64,000 bases of DNA from NCBI RefSeq assembly GCF_046119375.1, contig NW_027362768.1, forward strand, positions 145,390,001 to 145,454,000, written 5' to 3'. The notes beneath the pieces were generated by a model. That model saw only the letters and a program-made list of their open reading frames with translations, was not told the origin of the DNA and made no database searches. Below are positions 34,897-48,075 of the stretch, piece after piece (position 1 is the first letter of the stretch; each line of letters starts with the position of its first letter). The position numbers and the translations under genes were made by a program. The stretch is from Phyllobates terribilis. Taxonomy: Eukaryota.

Positions 34897-36909
34897 CAAT
34901 GGCATGTAAAAGTTTGGGCACCCCAGGTCAAAATTACTGTCATTGTGAACAGTTAAGCAAGTTGAAAGGATCTCTAAAAGGACTAAAGTTAAAAGATGTC
35001 ACATTTCCTTGGTATTTTAGGCAATAGAAAAAAAAGTGTTACATTTTTACATTTTAAAAAACACAAAAAAGGAAAAAAAAAATGGACCAATTCAAAAGTT
35101 TGGGCACCTTTGGAGATTTGTGTTCTCTAATAACTTTGACCAAGGTTTCAGACCTTAATTAGGGTTATGGCTTGTTCACCATCATCGATAAAGAGCTTGA
35201 TAAAGAGCCAGCCATGTAATTAAGAAGTGGCAGTTAACAGGAACAATTGAGGTCAAGATAAGGTCTGGAAGACTAAGCAAAATTTCAGTGAGAGCTGCTC
35301 GTAGGATTGCTAGAGAGGCAAATCAGAAGCCCAGCTTGACAGCAAAAGACCTTCAGAAAGATTTAGCAGACTCTGGAGTTGTGGTACATTGTTGTACTGT
35401 TCAGAAACACCTGCACAAATATGGCCTTCATGGAAGAGTCATCAGAAGAAAACCTCTTTTGCGTCCTCCCCATAAAATTCAGCTTCAGAAGTATGCAAAA
35501 GAATATCTAAACAAGCCTGATGCATTTTGGAAACAGGTCCTGTGGACAGATGAGGTTAAAATAGAACTCTTTGGCCACAATTATGAAAGGTATGTGTGGA
35601 GAGAAAGGGGCACAGAATTTCAGGAAAAGAACATCTCGCCAACCATTAAGCAAGGGGGAAGAATGGATTCAATGAAATTTCAACACATTCTTGATGTAAA
35701 CATAACACCATCTGTAAAAAAGCTGAAGCTTAAAAGAGGATGGCTTATACAAATGGATAATGATCCTATACACACGCCAAAATCCACAATAGACGACCTC
35801 AAAAGGCGCAAGTTGAAGGTTCTACAATGGCCCTCACAGTCCCCTAATCTGAACACCATTGAAAATCTGTAGCTAGACCTCAAAATAGCAGTGCATGCAA
35901 GACGACCCAGGAATCTCACAGAACTGGGAGAATTTTCCAAGGAAGAATGGATGAAAATCCCTCAAACAAGAATTGAAAGACTCTTCTCTGGCTACAAAAA
36001 ACATTTACAAGCTGTGATACTTGCAAAAAGGAGGCGCTACTAGGTACTAACCATAAAAACCTACAAGAAGCAAAATGAAAATAAACCCTGCTGTAAATAA
36101 ATAAAAAGCAAGTGCATTTAAATAAAATAGGGTTCTTAGTAACAGTTTTTGATCAAAAATAGTATGAAAGCTATCCCACCAGCGACAAGGTGAACGCGTT
36201 CGGGATAGAACCTACTCTGTCTAATATTAAAAGCCTTACTATGTGTCAAAGTTGACCTCTGTGTGAATAAGGGCAAACAGGCTCCGGTCCCAAACTGGGA
36301 ACACCAGCCAAGGGAAGCTTTTAAATGTGTTGTCCAGCTCTAGGAAGGGAGGCCACACCCTGGTTTGCACAGAATGCAAAATATACAAGGAAAAAACACA
36401 AAATTTGAGCTTGGTTTAAAATGGTATACATGCAGCACATAAATGCATATTTCACAATGGCCATAAATCAGAAAAACCTACAAGAAGCAAAATCAAAATA
36501 AATCCTGCTGTGAATAAATAAAAAGCAAGTGCATTTAAATTTTTGATCAAAAACAGTGTTACTAAGAACCCCATTTTATTTATTTTGATTTTGCTTCTTG
36601 TAGGTTTTTCTGATTCATGGCCATTGTGAAACATGTATCTATGTGCTGCATGTATACCATTTTAAACCAAGCTCAAATTTTGCGTTTTTTCTAGGTACTA
36701 ACCATGTAGGGTGCCCAAACTTTTGCATCTGCCCATTTTCCCTTTTGTATTTTTTAAAATGTAAAAAAAGGATGAAAAAAAAAATTGTTTTGTTTAAAAT
36801 ACAAAGGAAATGTGTCATCTTTAACTTTAGGCCTTTAAGAGATCATTTCATCTTCATTTTGCTCAACTGTTAACAGCAGTAATTTTGACCAAACTATTAG
36901 ATACCACTG
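34897..36909 (+). mobile_element. Tc1 transposon in the last cpt2 intron, degenerate
   Basis: TA-flanked long TIRs. Transposase remnant 35288-36030 (VLWTDEVKIELFG, MDNDPIH, WPSQSPNLNTIENL). Carries a 636-bp insertion. Confidence 0.9.
36055..36690. mobile_element. Rearranged Penelope-like insertion with 15-bp TSD
   Basis: TSD CTAGGTACTAACCAT at 36040-36054 and 36691-36705; internal direct and inverted repeats. Family assignment is inferred from architecture. Confidence 0.6.
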
Positions 36910-37379
36910 TATAATTAACTGTGAGAAAAATAAATCCAAGTGCAGTAAAACTACGGTGGAGGGAAAAAGAAAAAAAATAAATTTTAAAAGTGGCGAAATT
37001 AAAACTTTTTTTTCCTTTTACCGTACGGGGGTTTAGATTTTGATAGATCGGACATTTACGAACACAGCAATACCAAATGTGTGTATATATATTTTTTTAA
37101 AAATGGAGCCCAATACAATGCACTGTACTCGGCTCCTGGCTTCTTCTACCCTCCGGTGGCATCCCCGGCCTGCTGTAGCCAATTATCAGCCTCTGATCGT
37201 CTGCAGTCTTCTCATTCAGTCACAGCAGTCTCTGGACTGAGAGGCAAGTACTGATTTATTTTTTAGTTTTCCACCCACCTTCGGCCCATCTAGAATGTGC
37301 TTTAAACTAGTGGACGACCCCTTTAAAAAAAAACGATATGTACAAACCTTTAGAGGACGGATGTCAGAATATTACTCAC

Positions 37380-38684
37380 CCATTGCTGCCTCTTTTGTGA
37401 GCTGTCCGTGATATTTGGAGCAGCTGTGCAGCATTTCCTTCAGCTCTGCTGAGGAATATTTAGAAGGACTCTTCACAAAAGCTTCAGAAGCCTTTTTGGT
37501 ATAAACAGAAGCGGGACGGATGGTCTCTGTTCGGCCATGTTTGAAGGCTGCCGTACTACACGACTCGTAGGTTGCGGTCGTCAGCCCGTACTGCCTGAAG
37601 AAGCCCATTTGGAAGGAAAGCTGAGATACGGCGTCAGGACTGAGCTTCTGAGTTTTCAGGAACTCCTTCCCTCCTCTCTTAAACTCCATAGCTTCAATAG
37701 TCAGTGAACCCACTAACGCATCAAACCTCTTCTTGGCATCAGATACCGCCGATTTCAGCGAATCGTCTAGGTTGAAGACGAGTTTTTGGACGGCTTTACT
37801 GGAGTCCACAGCCGCGGGGGTGCTCTGGGGTGATACACTGGGCCTCTCCGTAGTGTCCTTAAAAATCTCATTTTGGAATCGTAGAACAGCAACTCCATCT
37901 CCCCACGAGTGCTCAAAGTTAATGGCCGCTGTGCCGTCCGCCGTCATGATGACGCTGAATGATTTATCAAACCAGCGATTCATACCGGATCCATGGAGCA
38001 TATTGTGCGACAAGTGAATGTGATCTCTGGTTGGAAAATCATCTAGACACAGACAAAACACGGCAGAATCTACTTTCCCGAGAGCTTCTTGGTTACCATT
38101 ATCATGGAGCTTCTGCCTGACAAGTGCCCATGTATTTCTATCATCACTGGTCAGATACCCCAGGGGGAATTCAGGTGCGGGGCTTGAATCAGACAGGATG
38201 TGCTTCAGATGGGCATGGATTTCTGATGCCTTCACCACGTTTCCATCTGTATCTAATACATCAAATACATACAAGTTCCCTCTCCGGAGGACCAGGAGAT
38301 GTCTTCCCTTCTCGTCCGTCGACAGTTCATCCTTGTTTAGCTTTGGTATACGGGTGGAGTTAAAGAGACGGAAGTATTGAGACATATCTAAGGGGTACGC
38401 ATTTACCATGTACGCCCCGTACCAAGAAAGGGCGGAAGGCACAAGACGGATAAGCTTCCTGAATTTCTGAGTGTCACTTTTTGCAGGATTCAAGTGGAAA
38501 ATTTCCGGCTCTAAATAACCAGCTCGTATTGTTTTTAGAAAACGCATAGCGGAGACAGTCATGTTAGTAGCTCTCAAGAGCTGGTTGTTATACTCTGGTC
38601 TTGGATCCGGGGTGAAGGACATGAATGGGTTGGAGTTAAGAACAATGGGCTCACGTGCACAGAGATACATGTCAAACCATGGAC
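37380..38684 (-). CDS. cpt2: cpt2 large coding exon (1305 nt)
   Basis: GPWFDMYL...NRWFDKSF...FEHSWGDG (catalytic His)...[17 protein letters not shown]; AG/GTGAGT boundaries. Confidence 0.98.
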
Positions 38685-39145
38685 CTGAAAGATGAAGAAA
38701 ATCAGAAAGGTGAACAGTCTTAAAAAAGGAAAATGGAAACGCTTAGAGACAAGTAAAACGACAAAATCAGATCATACTCGCCCTCCCTGGTTCAGTGCTC
38801 GCTCTCCGCAACTGCTCCTGTCTGTGTTTAGCATGCAGTGGTGACATCATATCTGTCAGCCAATCAAAGATGTCAGCAGCTCCTGCCACCTACATCAGCA
38901 AAGCTGCCGAGCACAGCGATTGGCTGAAATGGTGATGTGACATCATCACTGCAGCCAAACCACAGAGACAGGAGCAATTGAGGAGAGCCGGTGCAGGACC
39001 TAGAGAGAACGAGGCCTATTTGATTTTGCCATTTTACATAAGAGCTACTGTTTGGGGATCACTTTTTTAAATTGGAAAACCTCTTTAAAAGTGAGTCAAT
39101 CACAAGGTCAATTACAGATCTAAAAGGCTGTCCTGATTAAGGAGT

Positions 39146-39410
39146 TAGAGATGAGCAGATCGATTTGCAGAACCCCAGTCCACGTCAGTCCTCTCTGGTC
39201 TTGGACAGGAGCTGCGCAAGTTTCCTGACTTTCCAGGTTCCTCGGTGCAGCATTGGATTTGCCGGCCTGGTATGACGTTATCTGTATGGCAAAACATTTG
39301 ACAACGCAAATAAGATGATCTTGAAGATCTGAAGATTTGCGCAGCTCCTGACCACAGTTAGAGGGCACTGATGTGGAGCGTGGTTGTGCAAAGCGATCTG
39401 CTCATCTCTA
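39146..39410. mobile_element. MITE with TAGAGATGAGC termini
   Basis: TAGAGATGAGCAGATCG ... CGATCTGCTCATCTCTA. A related decayed copy lies at ~33555-33812. Confidence 0.7.
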
Positions 39411-41366
39411 GTATTAATAGATCTTTTAGCTCAATTTTTCTTATTACCAAATCCCCTGCAACCATATTCAGGTAACTGATAAAATTTGGGCTGTCAGTCA
39501 CCACTAAAGAGCGCTTATTACATGCTGGTTATACGGGTTGTCCAGCGAGGAAAAAAAAAAGTGTGTGTGTGTGGGGGAATGAAACTTACTAATATGATTA
39601 AGAAAAGAGCCTCAATCACAAGATTTCGATGCCAAAGTACATATTGTGTCTAATCATTTAAACACCTGCCCCGGTCCTCTTCTTCAATCAGGCTGATGCA
39701 TATATGGAGGAGTTTATTGCAATAAGCCGGTTATCTGCTATATACAGCGATGGTCAGGGGCTGACACAGGAAGCCCTCTATAAAGCCAGAAGTGGAGATC
39801 AGTACCAATATCTTAAGATCGGGGCATCGTTCTCAAATCAACTATAATAATCCAAAGTTTTATTCTAACTGGAGAACCCCTTTAATATGGGAGGACGCAG
39901 TATTGTCACTCGAGTGGTGGCTTTGCGGTGTATGTTTATACAGGAAAGTTAGAGTTATGTAACAGAAGAAATTATATGTCACTATTCAGATACAGCATAC
40001 AGCATAGATACAGCAGATGACAAAACTGCTCATAACCAGAATCCAGTTATAAAAGAGAAAAACTATTATGATCACATCAAATAATGTCCATTTCAGGGAT
40101 ATCAAAATTACTTACAGAAAGTGTTGAGGGAGGGCACCAATGTCCCTTCACGGTTGACCAAGTGAGTGTCAAATTATTATGTTGATTGCGCAATCCAACA
40201 GAAAACCAGACTGAGGCAGTGCTCTGTATGGGAGGATTCAGAGAATCTCTAACCCTGTTTATTTCTACTTAGCCTTTTATATTGTTTTGAGTATATCAAT
40301 AGCCAATCACCTACAGCCATACTACCGGCTTAAACCAATGTTAGTACAATTATTACGAAAATACACATATGGTCATATTATCGTTAGTTCGGTGCATGAT
40401 GGAAATTTACAAGGTTACCCATCCCGGCTCAGACTAGTCAGATAACGGGAGCAGGGTGTCTCACAGAATGTTCTTGTGAGAAAATGTTAGTATGGGAAAG
40501 ATGCTTCGGAAGCATGAGAAAAGAAGGAAAGAATGCATGTTATGCAAGGAGTATAATAACATGATTTTAAAGCAAGCAGACAAAATGGAGTTGCTCTAGC
40601 ATGAGTATTAATATGTCCTTTACACTTGGATAGCATGAATATTAATATGTCCTTTACAAAAGGAGCCCTAAAAATTTACTTTTAATTATTAATAGTAAAA
40701 ATCTATGAAACACAGTGTTAGACACAACTCTAAACAAAGTGCAGTGCTACAGTGACATTGTGCATGATACTATATAGTACCCGGCTTCAGAAAACATTGT
40801 CGAATAATATTGCACTCAAAATCAAACGGCCCGGGAGAGAATTTAACTCCACTCATGTGATAAATATAATTGTGGCTCTGTAACCCTATACCGAGGGCAC
40901 AAGTTCAACATTAGAAACACTTTAGCACAAAACAAAAAGCAAACAATATAGCAGGATAAAAAAAATATAACCAGAGTGTAAAGGTTTCTGTGTATATAGA
41001 TAGTCAAGTCACAATTACATATCAGGCAACAGATCCACTGCTGGCACACGCTATCACACGACTCCCCCCATTATACTCGAGATGTGTATAAGATATAGAT
41101 ATACCTCGAGTAGAATATTAAAATGTTATATTGATATATCAGAGTATAATGACATTTTAATCATATAAATGTATTAAGACAACTTACTCGCACGCCCCAG
41201 TTAGGGGTTTATCTTTGACTGTTTTGTGTTTTTTATATATGTGTTAGGTGTTGGCTGTATAATACTTCAGCTGTCTTTTTGCCTCAGGCACATTGATTAC
41301 TCTTCACGGACTCTTATCTGCTGATATATTTCACAGAGGAGGTTATCTTTTGACTAGGGAGGATAT

Positions 41367-41523
41367 AATAATAATAATAATAATTTTTATTTCTATAGCG
41401 CTAACATATTCCGCAGCACTTTACATTTTAGAGGGGTCTTGCACAAACAATAAAAGACATTACAGGATAACAATCACATAAATCAACAGATACCAGGAGG
41501 AAAGAGGGCCCTGCTCCCATGGG
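41367..41523 (-). mobile_element. L2 LINE extreme 3' end
   Basis: Reverse complement matches the 15290-15420 tail (GCAGGGCCCTC...TGTAAAGTGCTGCGGAATATGTT.GCGCTATA, (ATT)n). Confidence 0.75.
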
Positions 41524-42440
41524 AGTGGTGAATATTCATGGCCTTTAATAGCGGGCACACTGACAGCAGAGCTCAGCAGGAGCCGCGCTGCGGCTACAGT
41601 GTGCGCGCTATTAGGGAGAATGAATGCTCACTGCTCCTCACGCACGCAGTCCCAGTGTGGGGAGCAGTGACTATTCCGGCACAGAGCGGGACAGCGCTGG
41701 AGCAGAGAGGAGGTGAGTATAATTGTTTATTTTTTTTCTGTGCAGCGCGACGGGGATCAGAAGGTGCCAAGCATACCAGGATGAGGGGGGCCATACATAC
41801 AAGCAGCCGCGCTGCAGGCAGTGTGTGCCGGCTATTAAGGAAAATGAATATTCACTGCTCCCACGTCCATGGGCGTGGGGAGCAGTGAATATTACTTTTC
41901 TTTAGTAGTGTGCACAGTGTAGGCTGCAGCAGGCGGCTGCTGCTTCTTGTGCTCCGCCGCTGTCGCTTCCCCCACATCCCACAGCATATATGTATATCGG
42001 ACTATAAGACGCACCCCCCACTTTCCTCCAAAATTTTTTGGGGAAAAAGTGTCTTATAGTCCGAAAATTACGGTAATTTTTAGGGCCCCTTTCTGTAAGT
42101 AAAAACTATTATGAGGCAATACTTAGTCATGTAATTATTAATCTAAATCACTATATTAAGGGACTTTTAGCCCTTTAATGCCTAGTCATTTCTGTTTCGC
42201 TTCTCTGCATTTTAAAACAATGAGAACTTTATTTTCTGCTATATATTATATAAAAAATGATGTTTGGTGGTCCTGCTAGATTGCAGGGGAAACACATTAA
42301 ACGCTGGCACAGCTGCTGAGTTTTCCCAGGTAGTTTTGACATTGATGCACATTATGTTCTTTTGATGGGGCATTTTTGTGACACTTTTTCAGACAGATTC
42401 TGGGTGAAATCCGCCTTAAAACAAACCTTATGTGAACATA

Positions 42441-43955
42441 CAAGTGCTTCTCACTAAATTAGAATATCAAAAAGTTAATTTACTTCAGTTCTTCAATACA
42501 AAAAGTGAAACTCTTATATTAGAGTCATTACAGACAGAGTGATCTATTTCACGTGTTTATTTCTGTTAATGTTGATGATTATGGCTGACAGCCAATGAAA
42601 ATTAGAATACTTTATAACAGCTTGAAAAATGTTTTTAAAATCCAAAATGTTGGCCTACTGAAATGTCTGTTCAGTAAATGCCTTCAATACTTGGTCGGGG
42701 CTCCTTTTGCATCAATTACTGCATCAATGCGGCGTGGCATGGAGGTGATCAGCCTGTGGCACTGCTGAGGTGTTATGGAAGCCCAGGTTGCTTTGATAGC
42801 AGCCTTCAGCTCGTTTGCATTGTTGGGTCTGGGGTCTCTCATCTTCCTCTTGACAATACCCCATAGATTCTGCATGGGGTTAATGTCAGGCGAGTTTGCT
42901 GGCCAATCAAGCACAGTGATACTGTTGTGTGTAAACCAGGTATTGGTACTTTTGGCAGTGTGGACAGGTGCCAAGTCCTGCTGGAGAATGACATTTCCAT
43001 CTCCAAAAAGCTTGTCGGCAGAGGGAAGCATGAAGTGCTCTAAAATGTCCTGGTAGACGGCTGCGCTGACTTTGGTCTTGATAAAACACAGTGGACCTAC
43101 ACCAGCAGATGACATGGCTCCCCAAACCATCACTGATTGTGGAAACTTCACACTAGACCCCCAGCAGCTTGGATTGTGGCCTCTCCACTCTTCCTCCAGA
43201 CTCTGGGACCTTGATTTCCAAATGAAATCCAAAATTTACTTTCATTTGAAAACACCTTGGACCACTGAGCAACAGTCCAGGTCTTTGTCTCTTTGGCTCA
43301 GGTAAGACGCTTCTGGCGCTGTCTATTGGTCATGAGTGGCTTGACACAAGAAATGCGACACTTGTAGCCCATGTCCTGGATACGTCTGTGTGTGGTGGCT
43401 CTTGAACCAATGACTCCAGCAGCAGTCCACTCCTTGTGAATCTCCCCCAAATTTTTGAATGGCCTTTTCTTAACAATCCTTTCAAGGCTGCGGTTATCGG
43501 TTGCCTGTGCACCTTTTTCTACCACACTTTTTCCATCCACTCAACTTTCCATTAATATGCTTGGATACAGCACTCTGAACAGCCAGCTTCTTTAGCGATG
43601 ACCTTTTGTGGCTTACCCTCCTTGTGGAGTGTGTCAATGACTTCCTTCTGGACATCTGTCAAGTCAGAAGTCTTCCCCATGATTGTGGAGCCTACTGAAA
43701 CAGACTAAGGGACCTTTTTAAACGCATCGGAAGCCTTTGCAGGTGTGTTTTGTTAATTATTTTAATTTACTGAGATAATGACTTGTGTTTTCATTGGCTG
43801 TAAGCCATAATCATCAACATTAACAGAAATAAACACTTGAAATAGATCAATCTGTTTTTAGTGACTCTATATAATATAGGAGTTTCACTTTTTGAATTGA
43901 AGAACTGAAATAAATTAACTGTTTGATGATATTCTAATTTAGTGAGAAGCACTTG
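42441..43955 (-). mobile_element. Tc1 transposon, apparently full length (~1.5 kb), frameshifted
   Basis: TA-flanked perfect 29-bp terminal IR CAAGTGCTTCTCACTAAATTAGAATATCA. Transposase runs from ATG 43680 (MGKTSDLTDVQK) to 42684, with VMVWGAMS, QQDLAPVH and WPANSPDINP. Confidence 0.93.
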
Positions 43956-43960
43956 TAGCT

Positions 43961-44277
43961 TTAAAGGTGTTTTCCGGTTTCAGAAAACCCATGTTCCCCA
44001 GCTAAAGTTTGCTTTAAAACAAACAAAATGTTTTTCACTCTCCCTCCCTGAGAGCGGCTGCTGCTGCCGGTGTGTTATTGTTTGCAGCGCTGACGTTACA
44101 TCAAAGAGCGCTGCAGCCAATAACGGAGCTAGGCGTCACTGCCTGAGTCAACGGCGGGGTCTGATCAGAGCCGCTGATCTCACCGATTGGCTGCAGCTCT
44201 GTCTAGGTGATGTCAGCACTGCAGACAATAACAAAGACTGGGAGCAGCAGCAGAGACTCAGAAGTTTTCTCTTTTAA
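43961..44277. mobile_element. TTAA-flanked MITE abutting the Tc1 end
   Basis: TTAAAGG...CTTTTAA ends; decayed palindromic interior. Confidence 0.5.
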
Positions 44278-44482
44278 TGTAGCATTGTCAAAATGTGCAG
44301 TCGTTAATGGGTTAGATTGATTATATTACTGAGGCCTGCACGGTCACCATTTTTATTTTCTACCTGTTGGTACAAATGAAAATGAAGAGACAGGGATTGT
44401 GTATTGGACATGACAATGCCTTTGTAGCTTTTATCTCTAAATCTCGGTGTTTTGTTGCTTCCTATTTCATTTGGACTTTTAC

Positions 44483-44589
44483 CGGAGATGTAGCTGGTGT
44501 GTTTGTTCTGCTTGTCTTGCTGGACGAGCTGCTCGTGCAGCTGTTTCCCCACTCCGTTCTGGAAATTACGTGCCAGCTGCTCCGTCTTG
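44483..44589 (-). CDS. cpt2: cpt2 coding exon 3 (107 nt)
   Basis: [36 protein letters not shown]; AG/GT boundaries. Confidence 0.96.
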
Positions 44590-44675
44590 CTGAAAGATAT
44601 AATGATCGTTATGTTGGTAAATGCGATAACTCTAATAAACGGGCACCCGTGCTATTCGGACATTACGCCCCCTAC

Positions 44676-44756
44676 CTGAACTGCTCATCATCTAGGAGAG
44701 GTCGCTGAGCGTTTAGGTATCTTTTTATCGTGTCTTCAAGTTTAGGAACTGGCAAT
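44676..44756 (-). CDS. cpt2: cpt2 coding exon 2 (81 nt)
   Basis: [26 protein letters not shown]; AG/GT boundaries. Confidence 0.96.
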
Positions 44757-45720
44757 CTGGAAAACATAGGGGAAGGAATTTGTACATAAGTAATTATACT
44801 AAAATGCATAACAATTTTTAGAAAGCCAAAGCTAATGAAATGACACAGAGATACAAGACCTGGCCCCAGTGCAGACTATGGACTTGCCACCTGCTCCTAG
44901 TAAAGCAGATTAGCAATCTACATACGGCTATCGTGCATATATTACAATAAAGCCTGTGTATGTGCAGAATCATGCTCTACAAGTAATACAAGAATAGTTT
45001 GGCATGTTACTACCACTCATATTTCTTATTGTAAAAGTACATTAAAAAGGTGGTCTGCAGCACAGAATGACTTTTCAAACCAAGTACAGGCGCTCGGTGC
45101 ACCCTTGGTGTGGCCAACCAGTTCAGAGCACCTTTCCACTTGCTTGTTTTCTGTCCATCTCTGCCTCTAAAGCCAGAGCTGTCAATCAAAAAGAAAAGGG
45201 ATTGAAGACAGAAAAAAAAAACAAAACATGTAGATGGGAAGGTGTACTTAAATCTGTGCCACGAGTGCACTGAGTGACTGTGTTTGGTTTGAACAGTCAT
45301 TCTGTGCTGACAGATTCCCTTTAAGAAGAGATCATACAATACGGGTTAAGGAGAATGAAGCAGAGCTCCAATAAGAAATACCAGGAAACAACCAGAAAAA
45401 AAACAAAAAAAAAACCCCACAACCCCCCCCCCCCCCGCAACCTAATCCTAAACACCCCTTGTAATTAAACAGTGCAACTGTTTACTGCAGGGATCACACA
45501 TGTGACATCAGGCGTGTAGGTTATATTTTTGCCTGGCATGCTGGGTAGCATACCTGTGGGAGAACAGGGGTTGGGCAGCATTAATAGAAGGTGGGGATCC
45601 AGCTACTGCAAGAATCTTCTTTATAAACATCTTTTATTGATATGCTCTAAAAAATATAAGGTTAAAAAATGGAAACACTTGGGCAAAAATATGGAACGTT
45701 TCACAAATTTGTGTGGTCTT

Positions 45721-45764
45721 TGCGCAAGGATGACACGCAAATTCGTAAAGCGTTCCATATTTTT
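45721..45764 (+). pseudogene. U6 snRNA 3'-half fragment, with an inverted copy at 45685-45726
   Basis: TGCGCAAGGATGACACGCAAATTCGTAAAGCGTTCCATATTTTT differs at one position from the canonical U6 3' end (...TTCGTGAAGCG...). Confidence 0.92.
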
Positions 45765-45798
45765 ACCCAAGTGTTTCCATTTTTTTAACCTTCTAGAG

Positions 45799-45986
45799 CA
45801 GTGTTCCCCCAACTCAAGTCCCCAAGGCCCACCAAAAGATCATGTTTTCAGGATTTCCTTGCTATTACACAGGTGGTGGAATTATTGTCGGTGCAGGTGA
45901 TGTAATTATCACCTGAGCAATACTAAGGAAATCCTGAAAACATGGCCTGTTGTTGGGCCTTGAGGACTGGAGTTGGGGGAACACTA
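45799..45986. mobile_element. hAT-type MITE
   Basis: TIR CAGTGTTCCCCCAACTC / GAGTTGGGGGAACACTA; degenerate 8-bp TSD TTCTAGAG / TTTCAGAG. Confidence 0.8.
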
Positions 45987-47515
45987 TTTCAGAGCATATC
46001 CATAAAAGCGGTTTAATAGGAGATTCTTGCAGTGGATGGATCCCCTCATTTTCTTCTATTAATGCTGCCAACCATTGCTCACCCACAGGTGTGCCACAGT
46101 GTATACCACCCAGTGCCCCAGCCCATGCCCTGCCCTACATGCCTGATGTCTCTTGAGTAGCTGGATTACCCTCCTTTTCTTCTATTATTGCACAACCTGA
46201 GAACAGCTCCGGGATCCTATCTGTGCACCGCACCCATCAAAGAATCCTTACCTGAACTGATGTGAATATTTTTTTTTCTCTAATGTTTGGCAGCATTGAC
46301 AACCATTAGTGAAATTAAAAAAAATAAATAAATAATTATTATTATTTTTTATTTTTTTTTATACACAGTCCAGTTGTTGATGTGGCCCAAAACCCAGCCA
46401 ACCCTGGCATGCCAATGGCTGCCTGATTTTCAAGGTCTGGTCTGCAGGATTTTGGCTACAACAGGCGGACAGTGTACTAGGAGTGGATTTGCGCAATGTG
46501 CGGGAAAGTAGAGGACGACGGCCATTTCGCGTTTTCACAATGCTTCTACGGGTCGTTCTCTACCGCACACCGCGTGAATGTCCCTTAAAATGGAATAAAG
46601 GACTTTACTTTTAGGAAACGGTGAGCGCCGCTTTTCTTCGCCTTCGCACAGACACTATTTCTGTTTACAGCGGAGCACCACCGTTATTCCTACCCTTTTC
46701 CTGACAAAAGCTCACAATAAAGGGACAGAAGTATAGTGCATGATTGTCTGGTGCTGTTAAGCTTAACCGTACCGCAGAGACACTTTGATAGCTAAGTTTA
46801 TTAGTAGGTTAACCACGTGGGTATAATCTGCCACATGTCAACAGAAAAATAATGAAATATAAAAAAAAAAAGTTGTGATTCTTTGAATGAAAAAATAAAT
46901 AAAAAATACAGAAACTGGCTGTGGTGGGAAGTGGTTAAAGCAATACTTCAGGAAAATCCGGTTACACCTAGTGCAGAGTATGAGACAGCGATGCAGAAGA
47001 TAAAGGTTACTAGGAAACTGGTCTGGACATAAGTCTGGGCAGTCGGCTGAGACAGATGTTCGGTTTTCCATGTATATGGATTCCTAATGGCTGCTGCGTC
47101 CACTGGCCTAGTTATTATTAGTGGACTCAACTGCTGTGTATGAACAGTTCTTACAATGCTCTAGCAAAAACATGCAACTTTGCAATCTATTTTATGTAGT
47201 AATTTCCCCTGGTCTTCAGGATCTGTTTGCAGTCTTTTAATAGGATCCTTAGATAATACTTCCAGTAGACAAATAAGTAATAATCTGCCGCCATCATGCG
47301 ATAAGACACAAAGGTGTAGGCTTTTTAGTGCAGTACAGTTATAGGAGCTGAGAATTGTATTCTTTGATGAAAGCTGAGCCGAGGTCTTGAAAACAATCTG
47401 TGAGGTATACAGAGCGTACACATTTTCATCATATAAAATAGCAGTGTTAATTTGCTGATGCTCTGACATTCTTCACTTTGCATCTACTGGAAAGAAGAGA
47501 AATGCAGATTCCCAC

Positions 47516-47673
47516 CTGGGTAGACTTTTCTGGAAGTGCATGGTCGGCACAATGCTTTTGTGCAAGTATTCTGTGTCACCGCTTCCAGAGCTATATGTCC
47601 TGAGCAAGACAGAACCTGGGGCACAGGATGAGCCTCCTTTCAAGAGGCAGGATTTAGTCAGGAGACGAGCCAT
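47516..47673 (-). CDS. cpt2: cpt2 coding exon 1 (158 nt; mitochondrial presequence)
   Basis: [12 protein letters not shown]...[19 protein letters not shown], donor AG|GTGGG. Total CDS 1983 nt = 660 aa + stop. Confidence 0.93.
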
Positions 47674-48075
47674 TTCTGCAAACTGAATCTGGGAAACCTG
47701 GAAAAGAACAGAAGTCCGGAGAATTAGAGATATGGGTACAAGAGGGGGACATGCTCAATGAGGCCATATTCCCAAATGCAAAAATGTGGCATTCTTCTTG
47801 CATATTTTCTGTTGCAAAATCCTTTGAAGCAGAGGTTTTTTTAATGGAAAAATACTGCAATTCCTCACTGTTGTTTTTTACATTTTTTCAGGCTCACTAT
47901 TGAAGTCTACAGCCTTGTTCCCATGCATCGTAAAAGCTGCATTTTTTTGTGCAAAAAATTCTCTGCATTTAATAGTTCAAGCAAAGTCAATGTGATTTCA
48001 TAAAAATTAATGCCTATCCTGTGGGTATAAAGACAGAGTGGAAATGTGCGGTTTTTGGTGCCTTTTTTTTTTCCT

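Larger units (their letters stand above)
45504..46150. repeat. Long fold-back (inverted duplication) centred on a U6 snRNA 3' fragment
   Basis: Arms ~45504-45723 and 45724-46150; the right arm is interrupted by a hAT MITE. Centre TGCGCA 45721-45726. Confidence 0.85.
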
